Of a DNA stretch of 64,000 bases, positions 63,351 through 64,000 are shown piece by piece. Position 1 is the first letter of the stretch. Each line of letters opens with the position of its first letter. The notes under the pieces were generated by a model. That model ran no database searches, had not been told where the DNA came from, and saw nothing but the letters and a program-made list of their open reading frames with translations. The stretch comes from Geosiphon pyriformis uo1 (lineage: Eukaryota; Fungi; Glomeromycota). Both the position numbers and the translations under genes were made by a program. The stretch covers positions 367,912-431,911 of the forward strand of contig JAAOMT010000590.1 of the NCBI GenBank assembly GCA_016748015.1, written 5' to 3'.

Positions 63351-63913
63351 ACGACGTGATTATTTATACAATTATAATTATTATAAAAAAATTCAAAATT
63401 ACATTATCTTGACATAAAATATTAACTTTTATATTGTAATAATAATAATAATAATAATAATGAAAAATTTAAAAATGTTAAATCAGTTTATAATATTTTT
63501 GTTTTTATATATGTAATTTGTTAATATCTAAAATTGAATTTTATCAAAATTATAAATTTTTAATGTGAACTTTAAAAATAATTAATTATATTTAATATAC
63601 AAAGGCGAAGTTTTTGGGAAAAATATCTATTAATATAGTTTATCGGCAAATCTATATTTTTAGCACAGAAAACGTTTGGCATGTTATTTATGCACAAAGT
63701 CAAACGATGACAAGTGAAAATATCAGCAAAACAAAATTATCATCAGTTGAATAGAAATTGTTGAACTTGGTAGTGCAAGAATTTCAACAACTATTTAGGC
63801 GAATAAAATCGATTGTATAATTTACAAATTGCAACGAAGCTAATCAAACTCTTCACCATTATCTGAAAATAAATAATTAGAAAAGGGAAAAAATGAAAAG
63901 TCAAAGGACTTGA

Positions 63914-64000
63914 TCATCTTTGAAGATTTTTTCCCTTGATAACCAGTTCAATTTCTTGCTGATTTAATGTTTCATAGTCCATTAGAGCTTTTGCAAGTCT
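63914..64000 (-). CDS. YME1: C-terminal end of mitochondrial i-AAA protease (gene continues beyond the window)
   Basis: RLAKALMDYETLNQQEIELVIKGKNLQR* matches the YME1/YME1L terminal pattern LAxALxxYETLxxxEIxxVxxGxxL. Too short for the ORF track. Confidence 0.8.
   Translation of the reverse strand, partial: RLAKALMDYETLNQQEIELVIKGKNLQR

Overview
AT-rich, intron-containing fungal genomic DNA. TE families and gene style suggest Glomeromycotina/Mucoromycota, possibly Geosiphon-like (inference from recall, not a search). Host genes: a 14-exon Argonaute with an intact DEDH tetrad (5550-9224, -), an intronless m-AAA protease AFG3/YTA12 (55959-58592, +), a 6-exon RXT3-like Rpd3L subunit (58923-61272, -), and the last 29 codons of an i-AAA protease YME1 at the window edge (-). 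About 48 kb is decayed transposons. The core is a three-tier nest of one Ty3/Gypsy family: copy A (29424-39435) inside copy B (24358-44007) inside copy C (16279-45621), with a fourth partial copy D (273-3244). Reconstruction across copies gives an unusual retrovirus-like layout. The polyprotein appears to start inside the 5' LTR, read through the PBS, and run N-domain, capsid, CCHC, protease, Cys-rich insert, dUTPase, dUTPase-like, RT, RNase H, stop. A separate +1-frame integrase ORF and an unknown ORF3 in the env position follow. Also present are RNase H-bearing LINEs, a TSD-flanked ORF1-only non-autonomous LINE partner, a shared structured 3' tail and hAT remnants. Long repeats show heavy C:G>T:A decay, while genes and very short insertions keep their CpGs. 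All alignments and counts were done by hand.
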